Below, piece by piece: positions 25,321 to 35,201 of a stretch of DNA of 64,000 nucleotides. Position 1 is the first letter of the stretch. Each line of letters begins with the position of its first letter. The translations under genes and the position numbers were made by a program. The DNA is from Acidobacteriota bacterium. GTDB lineage: Bacteria; Acidobacteriota; Aminicenantia; Aminicenantales; Saccharicenantaceae. The stretch covers positions 24,134-88,133 of the forward strand of contig JADBLN010000012.1 in the NCBI GenBank assembly GCA_014894455.1. Reading direction: 5' to 3'. A model generated the notes under the pieces. The model did not search any database and had not been told where the DNA came from. It worked only from the letters and a program-made list of their open reading frames with translations.

Positions 25321-26438
25321 TGGCCGCCTCCCGTCCTGAGAAATCGTTCGAGGAGGTCGCGCAAGGCCTGAAGGTCCTTGAGGTCGATAACCTCGGAGGG
25401 CGTGTGGAGGAAAAGCACCGGCAGGGCGAGGGTCAGAACTTCCGACTGCGGGCCGACGAAAGGGATCGCCAGCGGCGAGTCGGCCGCGGTCAGGAACTGG
25501 CAGGGGATGCCCGCCCCGGCCGCCGTCTGCTCGAAAGCCTGCCTGAGCGCCGAAGGCTCGTCCTTGGCTAGAATGAAGACGGGGCCCTTGCCCGGGGCGG
25601 GTGTGTTGCCGTCCTTCCCCGCGGCGATGACGTCCACGACGACTGTCCGTCCCGGCTGCCACTTGGCCTTCGCCCGGGCGGCGCCCATGGCCGGGCGCGC
25701 GCCCCGGCCGCGGGCCGCGAACTTGGTCTGAGCGGCCCAGGCGATGACGGTCTCGCCTCCGGCGGCTTGGTCCGCCAGGGATTCAGCGACGGAGACGAGG
25801 ACGGCGGCGACGGCCTTCTGGCCGAGGGAAGGCCCGGACCACTTGTCTCCGGCCAGTTCCGTCAAGACCGCCGAAAACGTGACGGCGTCGAGGATCTCGA
25901 CGCCTTTGTCCCTCGCTTCCTTTTCCGACCGCACGCCGATGTCGACGAAAGCGGTTTCGAGAGAGAAATTCTCGACGAGCGTTTTCCGCCGCTCTTGGGT
26001 GAGGAGATGCATCGCGGGTTGAGAGACTATGCCCTGGACGGGCCCGCGCCCGGTCGAGATGATGACCGGCTGGCCGAGGAGGTAGGCGTCGAACCGGGCG
26101 TGGGGCGGGGCAACGGGCCGGTCGAGGGTCAGGTAACCGTCGGGCGTGATGCCGCTGACCATGTGGCCGTAGCCGTCGAGGGCGGCGAGGAGAAGCGTCG
26201 GCGCCCCCGGGCCTCGGAACCGGACGGCCACCGTACCCAGGCCGTCCTCCTCGACGGCCAAGCCGCGCGGCAGAAGCCCGCGGATCTTCCCGGCCAGGAG
26301 GTCTTCATTCCCCGGCGTCGAGGGGACGGCGAAGATCTCTTTCGTCAAACTCTTGACATCCGCTGCCCGGAGACTCCCTGCGGCCAGGCAGGCGAGAGCC
26401 AGCAGCAGCCCGGTCCTTTTCGCTATTCGCTCGTTCAT
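25317..26438 (-). CDS. M42-like paralogue with degenerate metal-binding motifs and a signal peptide
   Basis: Colinear with the downstream M42 gene, but the motif positions read AALDGYG (for HxDE), PSLGQKA (for DDRAG) and AAQTKF (for QEE). Signal peptide MNERIAKRTGLLLALACLAAGSLRA. AAGGAGAGG RBS; ATGA overlap with the next gene. Confidence 0.7.
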   Translation of the reverse strand: MNERIAKRTGLLLALACLAAGSLRAADVKSLTKEIFAVPSTPGNEDLLAGKIRGLLPRGLAVEEDGLGTVAVRFRGPGAPTLLLAALDGYGHMVSGITPDGYLTLDRPVAPPHARFDAYLLGQPVIISTGRGPVQGIVSQPAMHLLTQERRKTLVENFSLETAFVDIGVRSEKEARDKGVEILDAVTFSAVLTELAGDKWSGPSLGQKAVAAVLVSVAESLADQAAGGETVIAWAAQTKFAARGRGARPAMGAARAKAKWQPGRTVVVDVIAAGKDGNTPAPGKGPVFILAKDEPSALRQAFEQTAAGAGIPCQFLTAADSPLAIPFVGPQSEVLTLALPVLFLHTPSEVIDLKDLQALRDLLERFLRTGGGQ

Positions 26439-26657
26439 CGTCCTCTCCTTCGGTCCCCTTGTCCCCGCCGGCAATCGTATACCACAGCCCACGAGACATC
26501 GTCAAACACGCCCATTGAAATCAAGGGCCTGTGCCCGGAAGAGGCCGCCTGTATTGGGGCTGAGGAGGTCATCAGAGAGAGCATAAGCGGTGATTTAGTC
26601 GGGCAACGTGCCGGGCGAGGGAAGTTTCAGTGGTTTTCTTTTCGGGCGGTTTTAGCT

Positions 26658-27704
26658 ATGATGAGGGCGCGAGGAGGCTGCGTGGACAAGAACAGATTCG
26701 TCAAGTTCGGCATCGGGATCGTCGTCCTTTTCCTGCTGGGGGTCTTCCTGAAGCTGGCCAAGCCCATCCTCATCCCCTTCTGCCTGGCTCTCCTGTTCGC
26801 TTTCGCCGTCGCGCCGGCCCTCGATTTCCTGGTCCGGCGGAAGGTCCCGAAGTTCGTCGCCCTGGTCGTCATCCTGCTCCTGACCTTCGCGGTCCTCTAC
26901 CTCATCGGGACCGTGTTTTACGCGAGCGGCAAATCCTTCGGGACCGAACTCCCCTCCTACAACGAGATGGCCAAGTCCTTCCTGGAGAGGATCGACCGCG
27001 TCGTCCCCGACCCGCGCCTCAAGGTTGGCCTCACGGATTGGGTCAACGGGTTGAACGTGGGCAAGCTGGGGACCTTTTTCCTCTCCGCCCTTGGGCCTTT
27101 CTTCAGCTTCATGTCCCAGTTGCTCCTCGTCTTCGTCTTCATGATCTTCATCCTGGCAGGGCGAGGCCGGATGACGAAGAAGTTCGCCGAAGCGTTCCCT
27201 CCCGACGAGGCTTCGACCCTGGGCAAGGCGGCGGTCCGGATCAATAGCGAGATCCAGAAGTACCTGGCCGTCAAGACCCTGACAAACCTCCTCATCGGGA
27301 TCCTGGTCACGGCCGTCCTGGCCGGCTTCGGGGTCCGCTTCGCCGTTGTCTTCGGCGTGCTGGCCTTCCTCTTCAACTATGTCCCCACCCTCGGCGCCGT
27401 CGTCTCGGTCGCCCTGCCCGTTCTTTTAGCCGTTTCCCTCGAAGGGTCGTTCAGCTTGAAGGTCGGGCTCGTCCTGGCCGTCCTGACCGCCGTCCATGTG
27501 GCCTTGCACCGCTTCCTCGAACGCCGGCTCATGGGAAAAGAGCTCGACCTTTCCCCGCTCCTCGTCCTGTTCTCCCTCTTTTTCTGGGCCTGGCTGTGGG
27601 GCATCCCCGGCATGATCCTGGCCGTCCCCATCCTGGCGGTCATGAAGATCGTCTTCGCCAACGTGCCGTCGCTCCGTTTTCTCGAGGCGATGATGGACAA
27701 GTAG
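26658..27704 (+). CDS. AI-2E family transporter (PerM/UPF0118)
   Basis: Multi-pass membrane protein with the characteristic C-terminal block FNYVPTLGAVVS...LFFWAWLWGIPGMILAVPI. An alternative GTG start lies at 26682. Confidence 0.8.
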   Translation: MMRARGGCVDKNRFVKFGIGIVVLFLLGVFLKLAKPILIPFCLALLFAFAVAPALDFLVRRKVPKFVALVVILLLTFAVLYLIGTVFYASGKSFGTELPSYNEMAKSFLERIDRVVPDPRLKVGLTDWVNGLNVGKLGTFFLSALGPFFSFMSQLLLVFVFMIFILAGRGRMTKKFAEAFPPDEASTLGKAAVRINSEIQKYLAVKTLTNLLIGILVTAVLAGFGVRFAVVFGVLAFLFNYVPTLGAVVSVALPVLLAVSLEGSFSLKVGLVLAVLTAVHVALHRFLERRLMGKELDLSPLLVLFSLFFWAWLWGIPGMILAVPILAVMKIVFANVPSLRFLEAMMDK

Positions 27705-27716
27705 AGCGGCGGCGGA

Positions 27717-28148
27717 TCAGCCGTCGAGGCCGTGCGCGGCCAGGAACTGATCGAGCCGGCGTTCGATCTTGCGGGCCGTCTCCTTGTAAGCGTCGTACCC
27801 CATCCCCAGGGGATCCTCGATGTCCCAGCCGTAGAGAACGGATTCCGGGACACCCCAGATGTCCCTGAGGTGGTTGAAAATAGAGACGTCTATGGCGACG
27901 ACATGGTCGAACGTCCGGATGTCGTAGACGCCCACGGGGCGGGCGATGTGGGAGGATATGTCCACGTTGTAAATGAGCTTCATGACCAGGACGGCTTCTT
28001 CGGAGGCCGGGCCGCCCGTCGCGGCGATCCCCGCGCTGGCGACTTCGGCGGACGGGCCGAGGCGCTTGCGGGCGATGCCCTCGGCCATGGGGCTGCGGCA
28101 GATGTTCCCGTAGCAGACGAAGAGCAGGCGGTTTTTTTTCTTTTTCAT
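27717..28148 (-). CDS. Low-molecular-weight protein-tyrosine phosphatase
   Basis: LLFVCYGNICRSPMAEG (CX5R-S P-loop) and a DP loop (IEDPLG). 143 aa. It starts 11 nt after the stop of the kinase gene. Confidence 0.85.
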   Translation of the reverse strand: MKKKKNRLLFVCYGNICRSPMAEGIARKRLGPSAEVASAGIAATGGPASEEAVLVMKLIYNVDISSHIARPVGVYDIRTFDHVVAIDVSIFNHLRDIWGVPESVLYGWDIEDPLGMGYDAYKETARKIERRLDQFLAAHGLDG

Positions 28149-28158
28149 GGCGCGGCGG

Positions 28159-30153
28159 TCAATCCCGTCCGGCCTGGGCGCTTTCGAGAGCGACCTCTTT
28201 GGCCTTTTCGAAGAGGAAAGCGGACAGGATGTACTGTTCCGCGGCCTGGGGGATGAGCTTATCTCCGGCCATTTTCCGGGCGCCCTCCTCTTCGGCCTTG
28301 GCCCGGTCGAAGAGCCAGGCTTGTTTTGCGGGGGCAAGGGCGGTCTCGGCGTCCTTACGGATCGAGCCGGTGAGCTCCTGGAGAGCGGCCAGCCCCTGCT
28401 CCTCGTCCTCGACCCTCAGGCTCAGGCCGTAAACCCGGGTGAGGATGTCGTAGAGGATCCGGGCGCCGGAAAAATCGTTCTTGGCGAAGGCGTCGGCCGC
28501 GTCCTTTTCCTTCTCCCTCGCGATCCAGGTCAGAAGGTTCGGGCGGCCCCGACGGGGCGAGGCCTCGATCTTCTGCTTCGTGTCCTGCAGTTCCTTGAAG
28601 GCCGTTTCGGCCCGCTCCCGCTCGCTGACCTGGGCCAGGAGCTTGCGCATCTCCGATTCGCCCCGGTCGTAGCTCTTCCGCGAGGCCTCGACGTTGCCCG
28701 CTTCCTTTTGCTTTTTCCCCTGCTCGATCCTCGTCTGGATATTATCGATGTAATTGGAGAAGGCGGCCGCCTCGGCGGGGTATTTCTCCTTGAGCGTGGC
28801 CAGGATCTTCTCGACCTCCTGGGCGTCTTTCTCGCCGAGGAACTTGGCCGGATCCTTCATGAAGGGGGCAAGGAAGCTCATGATGCCGGACGTTGCGCCG
28901 CCCCCCGTGAGGAGAGTCCGGGCGGCCGCATCGGGGTGTGAGGGAAGCGCTACGTCCGCCCTCTTCGTGATGAGTTCCGGGCTCCGCCCGCCCGTGTCGT
29001 CCGGCACGAAAATAGCCCCCTGACGGGATTTCGCCGGCGTGACGCGGTCAGCGGCCTTATTGATGAGATTGAAAAGAGCGATGATGACGACGCCGCCGAC
29101 GATAAGGCCCGGGACAAGGATTTTCTTGAGGCTGAACTTGACCGTGATCTCGCGCGTCGTGAGGGGCTTGCTCTTGACCGTGACCTGCCGGGTCGCCGGC
29201 AGGCCTTTTTCGACGTTGGCCAGGTCCTCGAGGACCGCCGCGGCGCTCTGGTAGCGGCGCTCGCGGGATTTTTCAAGGCACTTCAGGATGACCCGGCTCA
29301 TGCCCTCCGAAAGCTGGGCGTTGATCGTTTGAGGATCGACGGGGGGCTCGCTGCGGTGCTTGAGGACGATGCTGAGCGGGGTTTCGCCCTCGAAGGGGAC
29401 GCGGCCCGTGACCATCTCGAACATGATGGCCCCCAGGGCGTAGATGTCGGCCCGATGGTCGACGTCGCGGGCCTCGGCCTGCTCCGGGGCCATGTATTCC
29501 GGGGTCCCGATGATGACGCCGGCTCCGGTCACGCCCTTGGTGTGGAGCGAGCGGGCGATGCCGAAGTCCATGATCTTGGCGTTGCCGTCGCGGTCGATCA
29601 TGATGTTCTGCGGCTTGAGGTCGCGGTGGACAACCCCGAGGCGGTGGGCCTCGACGAGACCCTCGAGGATCTGCTTGGCCAGGTCGAGGGCCTTGGCTTC
29701 GTTGAGATGGCCGGCCCGGTGGATGAACCTTTTGAGGTCCTCGCCGGCGACGTATTCCATGGAGATGTAGATCGAGAGCCACTCCTCGCCGAGGTCGTAC
29801 ATCCGGCAGACATGCCGGTGGGAGACCTGCCGGGCCAGCTTGATCTCGTTCCGGAAGCGCTCGATGACCTCGAGGTCCGAGGCGATCTCCGGCTTGAGGA
29901 GCTTGAGGGCGACGACCTCCCGGATTTTGCTGTCGTAGGCCTTGTAGACGGTGCCCATGCCGCCCTTGCCGATCTCCTCGATGATCTCGAAACGGCGGGC
30001 GAACGTCGTGCCCCTCTCGAGGCCCTTGCCGGGAGTCTGGAAGGTCGCCGTCGCCGAAGCGACGGTCTCGCCCGACCCCGGGAGCTCGCGGCCGCAGCGG
30101 CCGCAGAAACGAATCCCCTCGGGATTTTCGTTCTGACAGCGGGGACACTTCAT
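28159..30153 (-). CDS. Membrane Ser/Thr protein kinase with an N-terminal zinc ribbon and a helical extracytoplasmic C-terminal region
   Basis: [21 protein letters not shown]; Hanks motifs [24 protein letters not shown] and GTPEYMAPE; one TM helix ([20 protein letters not shown]). Confidence 0.9.
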   Translation of the reverse strand: MKCPRCQNENPEGIRFCGRCGRELPGSGETVASATATFQTPGKGLERGTTFARRFEIIEEIGKGGMGTVYKAYDSKIREVVALKLLKPEIASDLEVIERFRNEIKLARQVSHRHVCRMYDLGEEWLSIYISMEYVAGEDLKRFIHRAGHLNEAKALDLAKQILEGLVEAHRLGVVHRDLKPQNIMIDRDGNAKIMDFGIARSLHTKGVTGAGVIIGTPEYMAPEQAEARDVDHRADIYALGAIMFEMVTGRVPFEGETPLSIVLKHRSEPPVDPQTINAQLSEGMSRVILKCLEKSRERRYQSAAAVLEDLANVEKGLPATRQVTVKSKPLTTREITVKFSLKKILVPGLIVGGVVIIALFNLINKAADRVTPAKSRQGAIFVPDDTGGRSPELITKRADVALPSHPDAAARTLLTGGGATSGIMSFLAPFMKDPAKFLGEKDAQEVEKILATLKEKYPAEAAAFSNYIDNIQTRIEQGKKQKEAGNVEASRKSYDRGESEMRKLLAQVSERERAETAFKELQDTKQKIEASPRRGRPNLLTWIAREKEKDAADAFAKNDFSGARILYDILTRVYGLSLRVEDEEQGLAALQELTGSIRKDAETALAPAKQAWLFDRAKAEEEGARKMAGDKLIPQAAEQYILSAFLFEKAKEVALESAQAGRD

Positions 30154-30251
30154 CGGATTTTCCGTGTATTTATATAAAGAATATCAATTCGAGGCCATTT
30201 TTTCAAACCCATAGGAGAATACGCTCGGGGCCGGAATTTGGTTTCTCGGCC

Positions 30252-31187
30252 TCAACGCGCCGATGCCGCCCCGGACCAGAGGTCCCGGGGATAAACGCCC
30301 GCGTCGACGAGCCCGAGGATGGCAGTCCGGAAGGCGGGCCGGTCCTCGGGGTAGGTCACCCCGAACCAGCGTTCCAGCGTCGGCAGGATCCGGACCCTGG
30401 CCCGGCCCTCGCGGAGGAGAACGCCGACGACCTCGGGGATGAGGAATTCCGCCTTCGTGATGTTTGCGGCGTTCATCCGGAGGAACTCCGGGAAGCGGGC
30501 CTCGAGCTCGGCGAAGAGGCCGGCCGTGAAGCCCCAGAAATTCATCGACACCCAGCTTTCGGGGGCGAGGGGCGTCCAGTCGGCGTCGTTTTCCGTGTGC
30601 TTGATGCCGTCGCCGAACTTGCGGATCTTGAGGAGCTCGCGGATGCCGACGAGATATCCGTCTGCAGTGGCCGTGCAGACGCCCCGGGCGACCGTGCCGT
30701 GCTCGGAAAGCGTGTTGGCCAGCCGGTAGCCGACCATGGCGAATTCGTGGACGTCTTTCGCGCCTGCGTCCCGGCCGAGATATCCGGCCATGGCTTCGAA
30801 GGCCGTCCGGCCGTAGTAATCGTCAGCGTTGATGGCCAGGAAGGGGGTCCGGACGGCGTCCTTGCAGGCGAGGATGGCCTGGGCCGTTCCCCACGGCTTT
30901 TTCCGTTCTTCGGGGACGCGGAATCTCGGCGGGACCTGGTCCAGGGATTGGACGACGTAGGCCGTGTCCGCGGCCCGCTCGATGCGCCGGCCGATCCTCT
31001 CCCGGAAGGCCTCTTCGATGTCCTTGCGGATGATGAAGACGACCCGGCCGAAGCCCGCCCGGAGGGCGTCGAACACCGAGTAATCGAGCACGACCTCCCC
31101 GCTCGGGCCGACGGGGTCGATCTGCTTCAGCCCGCCGTAGCGGCTGCCGACGCCGGCCGCCATGACGACCAGGGTCAAAGACGACAT
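30252..31187 (-). CDS. Sugar-phosphate nucleotidyltransferase family protein
   Basis: N-terminal [22 protein letters not shown] (the NTP_transferase G-x-G-x-R signature). 311 aa. Confidence 0.7.
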   Translation of the reverse strand: MSSLTLVVMAAGVGSRYGGLKQIDPVGPSGEVVLDYSVFDALRAGFGRVVFIIRKDIEEAFRERIGRRIERAADTAYVVQSLDQVPPRFRVPEERKKPWGTAQAILACKDAVRTPFLAINADDYYGRTAFEAMAGYLGRDAGAKDVHEFAMVGYRLANTLSEHGTVARGVCTATADGYLVGIRELLKIRKFGDGIKHTENDADWTPLAPESWVSMNFWGFTAGLFAELEARFPEFLRMNAANITKAEFLIPEVVGVLLREGRARVRILPTLERWFGVTYPEDRPAFRTAILGLVDAGVYPRDLWSGAASAR

Positions 31188-31274
31188 GGGACCTCCTCTC
31201 GAGGATCGTTTTTCTGTATCTTAATGAATTGGCCGGACGAGGTCAAACGCCCCCGCGAACAGGTGGCGGCCGGC

Positions 31275-31303
31275 TTTACTTGTCCCCTTCTATCCTATAT
31301 TAT
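31275..31303 (+). promoter_or_regulatory. Putative promoter TTTACT-N17-TATTAT for hslVU
   Basis: tttact at 31275-31280, 17-nt spacer, tattat at 31298-31303. An AT-rich stretch and an AAGAAGG RBS precede the ATG at 31329. Confidence 0.4.
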
Positions 31304-31328
31304 TATTGAATATAAAGAAGGTGCGTAC

Positions 31329-31856
31329 ATGATCCGTTCGACGACCGTCATCTGCGTCCGGCACAAAGGAAAAACGGCCATGGCCGCCGACGGCCAGGTG
31401 ACCATGGGCCAGACCATCCTCAAGAAGACCGCCCAGAAGATCCGCCGCCTGGCCAAGGGGGAGGTCCTGGCCGGGTTCGCTGGGGCGACGTCGGATGCGT
31501 TCGCCCTGTTCACCCGGTTTGAGACGAAGCTCGAGGAATACCGCGGCAACCTCTCCCGGTCGGCCATCGAGCTGGCCAAGGACTGGCGCATGGAAAGATC
31601 GCTCCGCCAACTCGACGCGCTCCTCGTCGTGGCCAACGCGGAGAGCTCGCTCCTCATCTCCGGCACCGGGGACGTCGTCGAGCCCGACGACGGCATCATC
31701 GCCATCGGCTCCGGCGGGCCGTACGCCCTGGCCGCGGCCCGGGCCCTCATCCGGCACACCGACCTCGGCGCGCGGGAGATCGCCGCCGAAGCCCTGGGGA
31801 TAAGCGCCGGGATCTGCGTCTACACGAACAACGAGATCATGGTCGAGGAGCTCTGA
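31329..31856 (+). CDS. hslV: ATP-dependent protease subunit HslV (CodW-like short N-terminal extension)
   Basis: [25 protein letters not shown]...[10 protein letters not shown]...[14 protein letters not shown]. Confidence 0.92.
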   Translation: MIRSTTVICVRHKGKTAMAADGQVTMGQTILKKTAQKIRRLAKGEVLAGFAGATSDAFALFTRFETKLEEYRGNLSRSAIELAKDWRMERSLRQLDALLVVANAESSLLISGTGDVVEPDDGIIAIGSGGPYALAAARALIRHTDLGAREIAAEALGISAGICVYTNNEIMVEEL

Positions 31857-33248
31857 ATGCCCATCGTCCTCCCCGAGACGTTCGAGAGGCCCGCGGCCGA
31901 CATCCCCGACGCGGAGCTCACCCCCCGGGAGATCGTGGCCGAGCTCGACAAGCACATCATCGGCCAAAAGGCGGCCAAGAAGGCCGTGGCCATCGCCCTG
32001 CGGAACCGTTTCCGCCGGCGCAAGCTGCCTCCCGCCCTGGCCGACGAGATCGCGCCCAAGAACATCCTCATGATTGGCCCCACCGGAGTCGGGAAAACGG
32101 AGATCAGCCGGCGGCTGGCCAAGCTGACCTCCTCGCCTTTCCTCAAGATCGAGGCCAGCAAGTTCACCGAGGTCGGCTACGTCGGCCGGGACGTCGAATC
32201 CATGATCCGGGACCTCGTCCGCATGTCCGTCGACATGGTCAAGCAGGAGAAGGTCGCTGAGATCGTGGAGAAAGCCAGGGCCAACGCCGAGGAAAAGCTC
32301 CTGGACATCCTCCTGTCTCCGCCCAAGAAGCGCGACGGCGCGAACGGCGAGGAGGACGACTCGAAATTCCACGACACTCGGGAGAAATTGCGGGTACAGC
32401 TCCGCGCCGGGCTCCTCGAGGATCGGCCGGTCGACGTCGAGGTCAAGGAAAGAACGACGCCGCCGCTCGAAGTCGTTTCGAACTCCGGGGTCGAGGAGAT
32501 CGGGTTCCAGATCCAGGAGTTCCTCCCGGGCTTCCTGGGCGGCCGGATGAAGAGGCGGCGGATGAAGATCAAGGAGGCGCGGGAGGTCATCCTCGAGGAA
32601 GAGGAAAAGCGCCTCGTCGACACGGACCAGGTCTCCCGCCTGGCCATCGAGCGCGTCGAGCAGTCGGGCATCATCTTCCTCGATGAGGTCGACAAGATCG
32701 CCGGCCGGGAGTCCGGACATGGGCCCGACGTCAGCCGCGAGGGCGTCCAGCGCGACCTCCTGCCGATTATCGAGGGCACGACGGTCAACACGCGCTTCGG
32801 GCTCGTCCGGACCGACCATATCCTGTTCATCGGCGCCGGCGCCTTCCACGTCTCCAAACCCTCCGACCTCATCCCCGAGCTCCAGGGCCGGTTCCCGATC
32901 CGCGTCGAGCTCACGCCGCTCGGCAAGGACGACTTCGTGCGCATCCTGACCGAGCCGCAGAACGCTTTGATCCGCCAGTACGAGGCCCTCATGGCCACGG
33001 AGGGCGTGACCGTCTCCTACACCCCGGACGCCGTCGACGAGATCGCCGACGTCGCCGAAAAGGTCAACGCCGACGCCGAGAACATCGGGGCCCGCCGCCT
33101 CCACACCGTCGTCGAAAAAGTCATGGAGGACATCTCCTTCGCCGCCCCGGACATCGCCGAGAAGGCCATCCGGATCGACCGGGAGTACGTCCGGGAACAC
33201 CTCAAGGACATCCTCGAAAACCAGGACCTGCGGCGTTTTATCCTGTGA
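31857..33248 (+). CDS. hslU: ATP-dependent protease ATPase subunit HslU
   Basis: [17 protein letters not shown], Walker [28 protein letters not shown] and the C-terminal [15 protein letters not shown]. Confidence 0.95.
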   Translation: MPIVLPETFERPAADIPDAELTPREIVAELDKHIIGQKAAKKAVAIALRNRFRRRKLPPALADEIAPKNILMIGPTGVGKTEISRRLAKLTSSPFLKIEASKFTEVGYVGRDVESMIRDLVRMSVDMVKQEKVAEIVEKARANAEEKLLDILLSPPKKRDGANGEEDDSKFHDTREKLRVQLRAGLLEDRPVDVEVKERTTPPLEVVSNSGVEEIGFQIQEFLPGFLGGRMKRRRMKIKEAREVILEEEEKRLVDTDQVSRLAIERVEQSGIIFLDEVDKIAGRESGHGPDVSREGVQRDLLPIIEGTTVNTRFGLVRTDHILFIGAGAFHVSKPSDLIPELQGRFPIRVELTPLGKDDFVRILTEPQNALIRQYEALMATEGVTVSYTPDAVDEIADVAEKVNADAENIGARRLHTVVEKVMEDISFAAPDIAEKAIRIDREYVREHLKDILENQDLRRFIL

Positions 33249-33784
33249 TGGCCAGACCGTTCGCGACGCTCATCCTCGGGTTGTTGATCGTCGCCGGCTC
33301 GGCCTGCGGGCGGAAAGGTCCGCTCGAAATCCCGCTCGGACGCGAGCCCATGGCCGTCGAAAAACTTGCCGCAAATCTTGGCCACGAGGTGGTCCTCCTG
33401 ATGTGGACGAACCCCGTAAAGGCCGTCTCCGGAAAGCCGGTTGGTCCGCTCGAAGCCGTCGAGATCTGGGTCTTCGACCGGGGCCTTCCGCCCGGAAGGC
33501 GGGCTCTCACCTCCGATGAAGTCGAGAAAGCCGCCCGGCTGGTCCGCAGAATATCGCGGCAGGAGTTCGATTCCTTCGAATTCGTGTCCGGGGAATCTCC
33601 CGGCGTCCTGGCCTATATGTACCCTGTCGTCACAGGACCTTCCGGTCCCGCGAAGCTGGCCTTCACCGTCCGGGTCTTCGACGCCAAGGGCCGGGCCTCG
33701 GACTTCGCCCCGCCGGTCGCCGTGGAGATCGACCGGAAGACCGCGTCCCCCGGGACGACCGCGGGGAAAGGAGCGAGGCCTTGA
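33248..33784 (+). CDS. Lipoprotein with an LptM/YifL-like N-terminus (C-G-R-K-G-P-L) and an extra beta-rich domain
   Basis: Lipobox LIVAGSAC followed by [14 protein letters not shown] overlap with hslU. Confidence 0.55.
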   Translation: MARPFATLILGLLIVAGSACGRKGPLEIPLGREPMAVEKLAANLGHEVVLLMWTNPVKAVSGKPVGPLEAVEIWVFDRGLPPGRRALTSDEVEKAARLVRRISRQEFDSFEFVSGESPGVLAYMYPVVTGPSGPAKLAFTVRVFDAKGRASDFAPPVAVEIDRKTASPGTTAGKGARP

Positions 33785-34560
33785 AGATCTACCGGTTCAG
33801 GTACCGCAAACGCATCCTCACCGGCATCTTGAAAGAGGAGTTCCTCTTTCCGATCGTCGGGTCGGTCTTCGGCGACTTCAAGATCGGGGCGAGCCCCGTC
33901 CCCATCAGCGAGGTCCGGGTCCTGCCGCCGGTCCTGCCGACGAAGGTCATCGGTATCGGCCGCAACTATCGGGATCACGCCCAGGAATTGGGGAATCCCG
34001 TGCCCGAGGAGCCGCTGATTTTCCTCAAGCCGTCGACGGCCGTCATCGGCCATCTGGACAGGATCGTCCATCCGGCCATGGCCAGCCGCGTCGACTACGA
34101 AGGGGAGGTCGCCGTTGTCATCAAGAAAAAAGCCCGCGGGCTCGGCGACGACGCTCCCGTTTCCGACTTCATCCTGGGCTACGCGTGTTTCAACGACGTC
34201 ACGGCCCGGGACCTGCAGAAGAAGGACGTCCAGTTCACCCGGGCCAAGTCCTTCGACACGTTCGCCGCCCTCGGGCCCTGCGTGGCTACGGGCCTCGACC
34301 CGGCGGCGCTCCATCTGAAGACGTTCCTCAACGGCAAGCTGGTCCAAACGGGGAACACGGCCAACCTCATCTTTTCCATCCCGTCCCTCGTCCGGTTCCT
34401 TTCCCGGGTCATGACCCTGAACCCCGGCGACGTCATCGCCACGGGCACGCCCGCCGGGATCGGCCCCATGACGCCCGGCGACCGGGTGGACGTGCAGGTC
34501 GAGGGTATCGGCGTGCTCTCGAACACCTATGCCCGTTCAAGCGACAAGGAGGAGACATGA
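33781..34560 (+). CDS. Fumarylacetoacetate hydrolase (FAH) family protein
   Basis: [40 protein letters not shown] and TGTPAGIG blocks. The TTG start overlaps the upstream stop. Confidence 0.85.
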   Translation: MKIYRFRYRKRILTGILKEEFLFPIVGSVFGDFKIGASPVPISEVRVLPPVLPTKVIGIGRNYRDHAQELGNPVPEEPLIFLKPSTAVIGHLDRIVHPAMASRVDYEGEVAVVIKKKARGLGDDAPVSDFILGYACFNDVTARDLQKKDVQFTRAKSFDTFAALGPCVATGLDPAALHLKTFLNGKLVQTGNTANLIFSIPSLVRFLSRVMTLNPGDVIATGTPAGIGPMTPGDRVDVQVEGIGVLSNTYARSSDKEET

Positions 34561-35201
34561 AGCTGTTCCTAGATTCGGCCAACCTGGAGGAGATCCGCGA
34601 AGTCGCGAGCTGGGGCGTCCTCGACGGGGTGACGACCAACCCGTCGCTCTGCTCCAAGGAGAACACGACCTTCGAAGACAACATCCGCGCCATCTGCGCC
34701 GTCTGCGCCGGACCCGTCAGCGCCGAGTGCGTCTCGCTCCGCGCCGACGAGATCGTCGTCGAGGGCCGCGGCCTGGCCCGGATCGCGCCCAACGTCGCGG
34801 TCAAGATCCCGGTCTGCCTGGAGGGCCTCAAGGCGACGAAAACGCTACACGCCGAGGGCGTCCCGGTCAACATGACCCTCATCTTCTCCGCGAGCCAGGC
34901 CCTCCTCGCCGCCAAGGCGGGGGCCCGCTTCGTCAGTCCCTTCATCGGGCGCCTCGACGACGCCTCAGAGGACGGCATGGCCCTCATCGAGGAGATCGTC
35001 CAGATCTTCGAAAACTACCGCTTCGAAACCGAGGTCATCGTGGCCAGCGTCCGCCACCCGCGGCACGTCGTCGAGGCGGCCCTTATCGGGGCCGACATCG
35101 CTACGGTCCCCTACGGGGTCATGGAAAAGCTGGTCAAGCATCCGCTGACGGACATCGGCATCGAACGGTTCCTCGCCGACTGGAGGAAGGTCAGGAAGTG
35201 A
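34557..35201 (+). CDS. tal: Transaldolase, short Fsa/TalC type
   Basis: [37 protein letters not shown] and [13 protein letters not shown] overlap with the upstream gene. Confidence 0.9.
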   Translation: MKLFLDSANLEEIREVASWGVLDGVTTNPSLCSKENTTFEDNIRAICAVCAGPVSAECVSLRADEIVVEGRGLARIAPNVAVKIPVCLEGLKATKTLHAEGVPVNMTLIFSASQALLAAKAGARFVSPFIGRLDDASEDGMALIEEIVQIFENYRFETEVIVASVRHPRHVVEAALIGADIATVPYGVMEKLVKHPLTDIGIERFLADWRKVRK

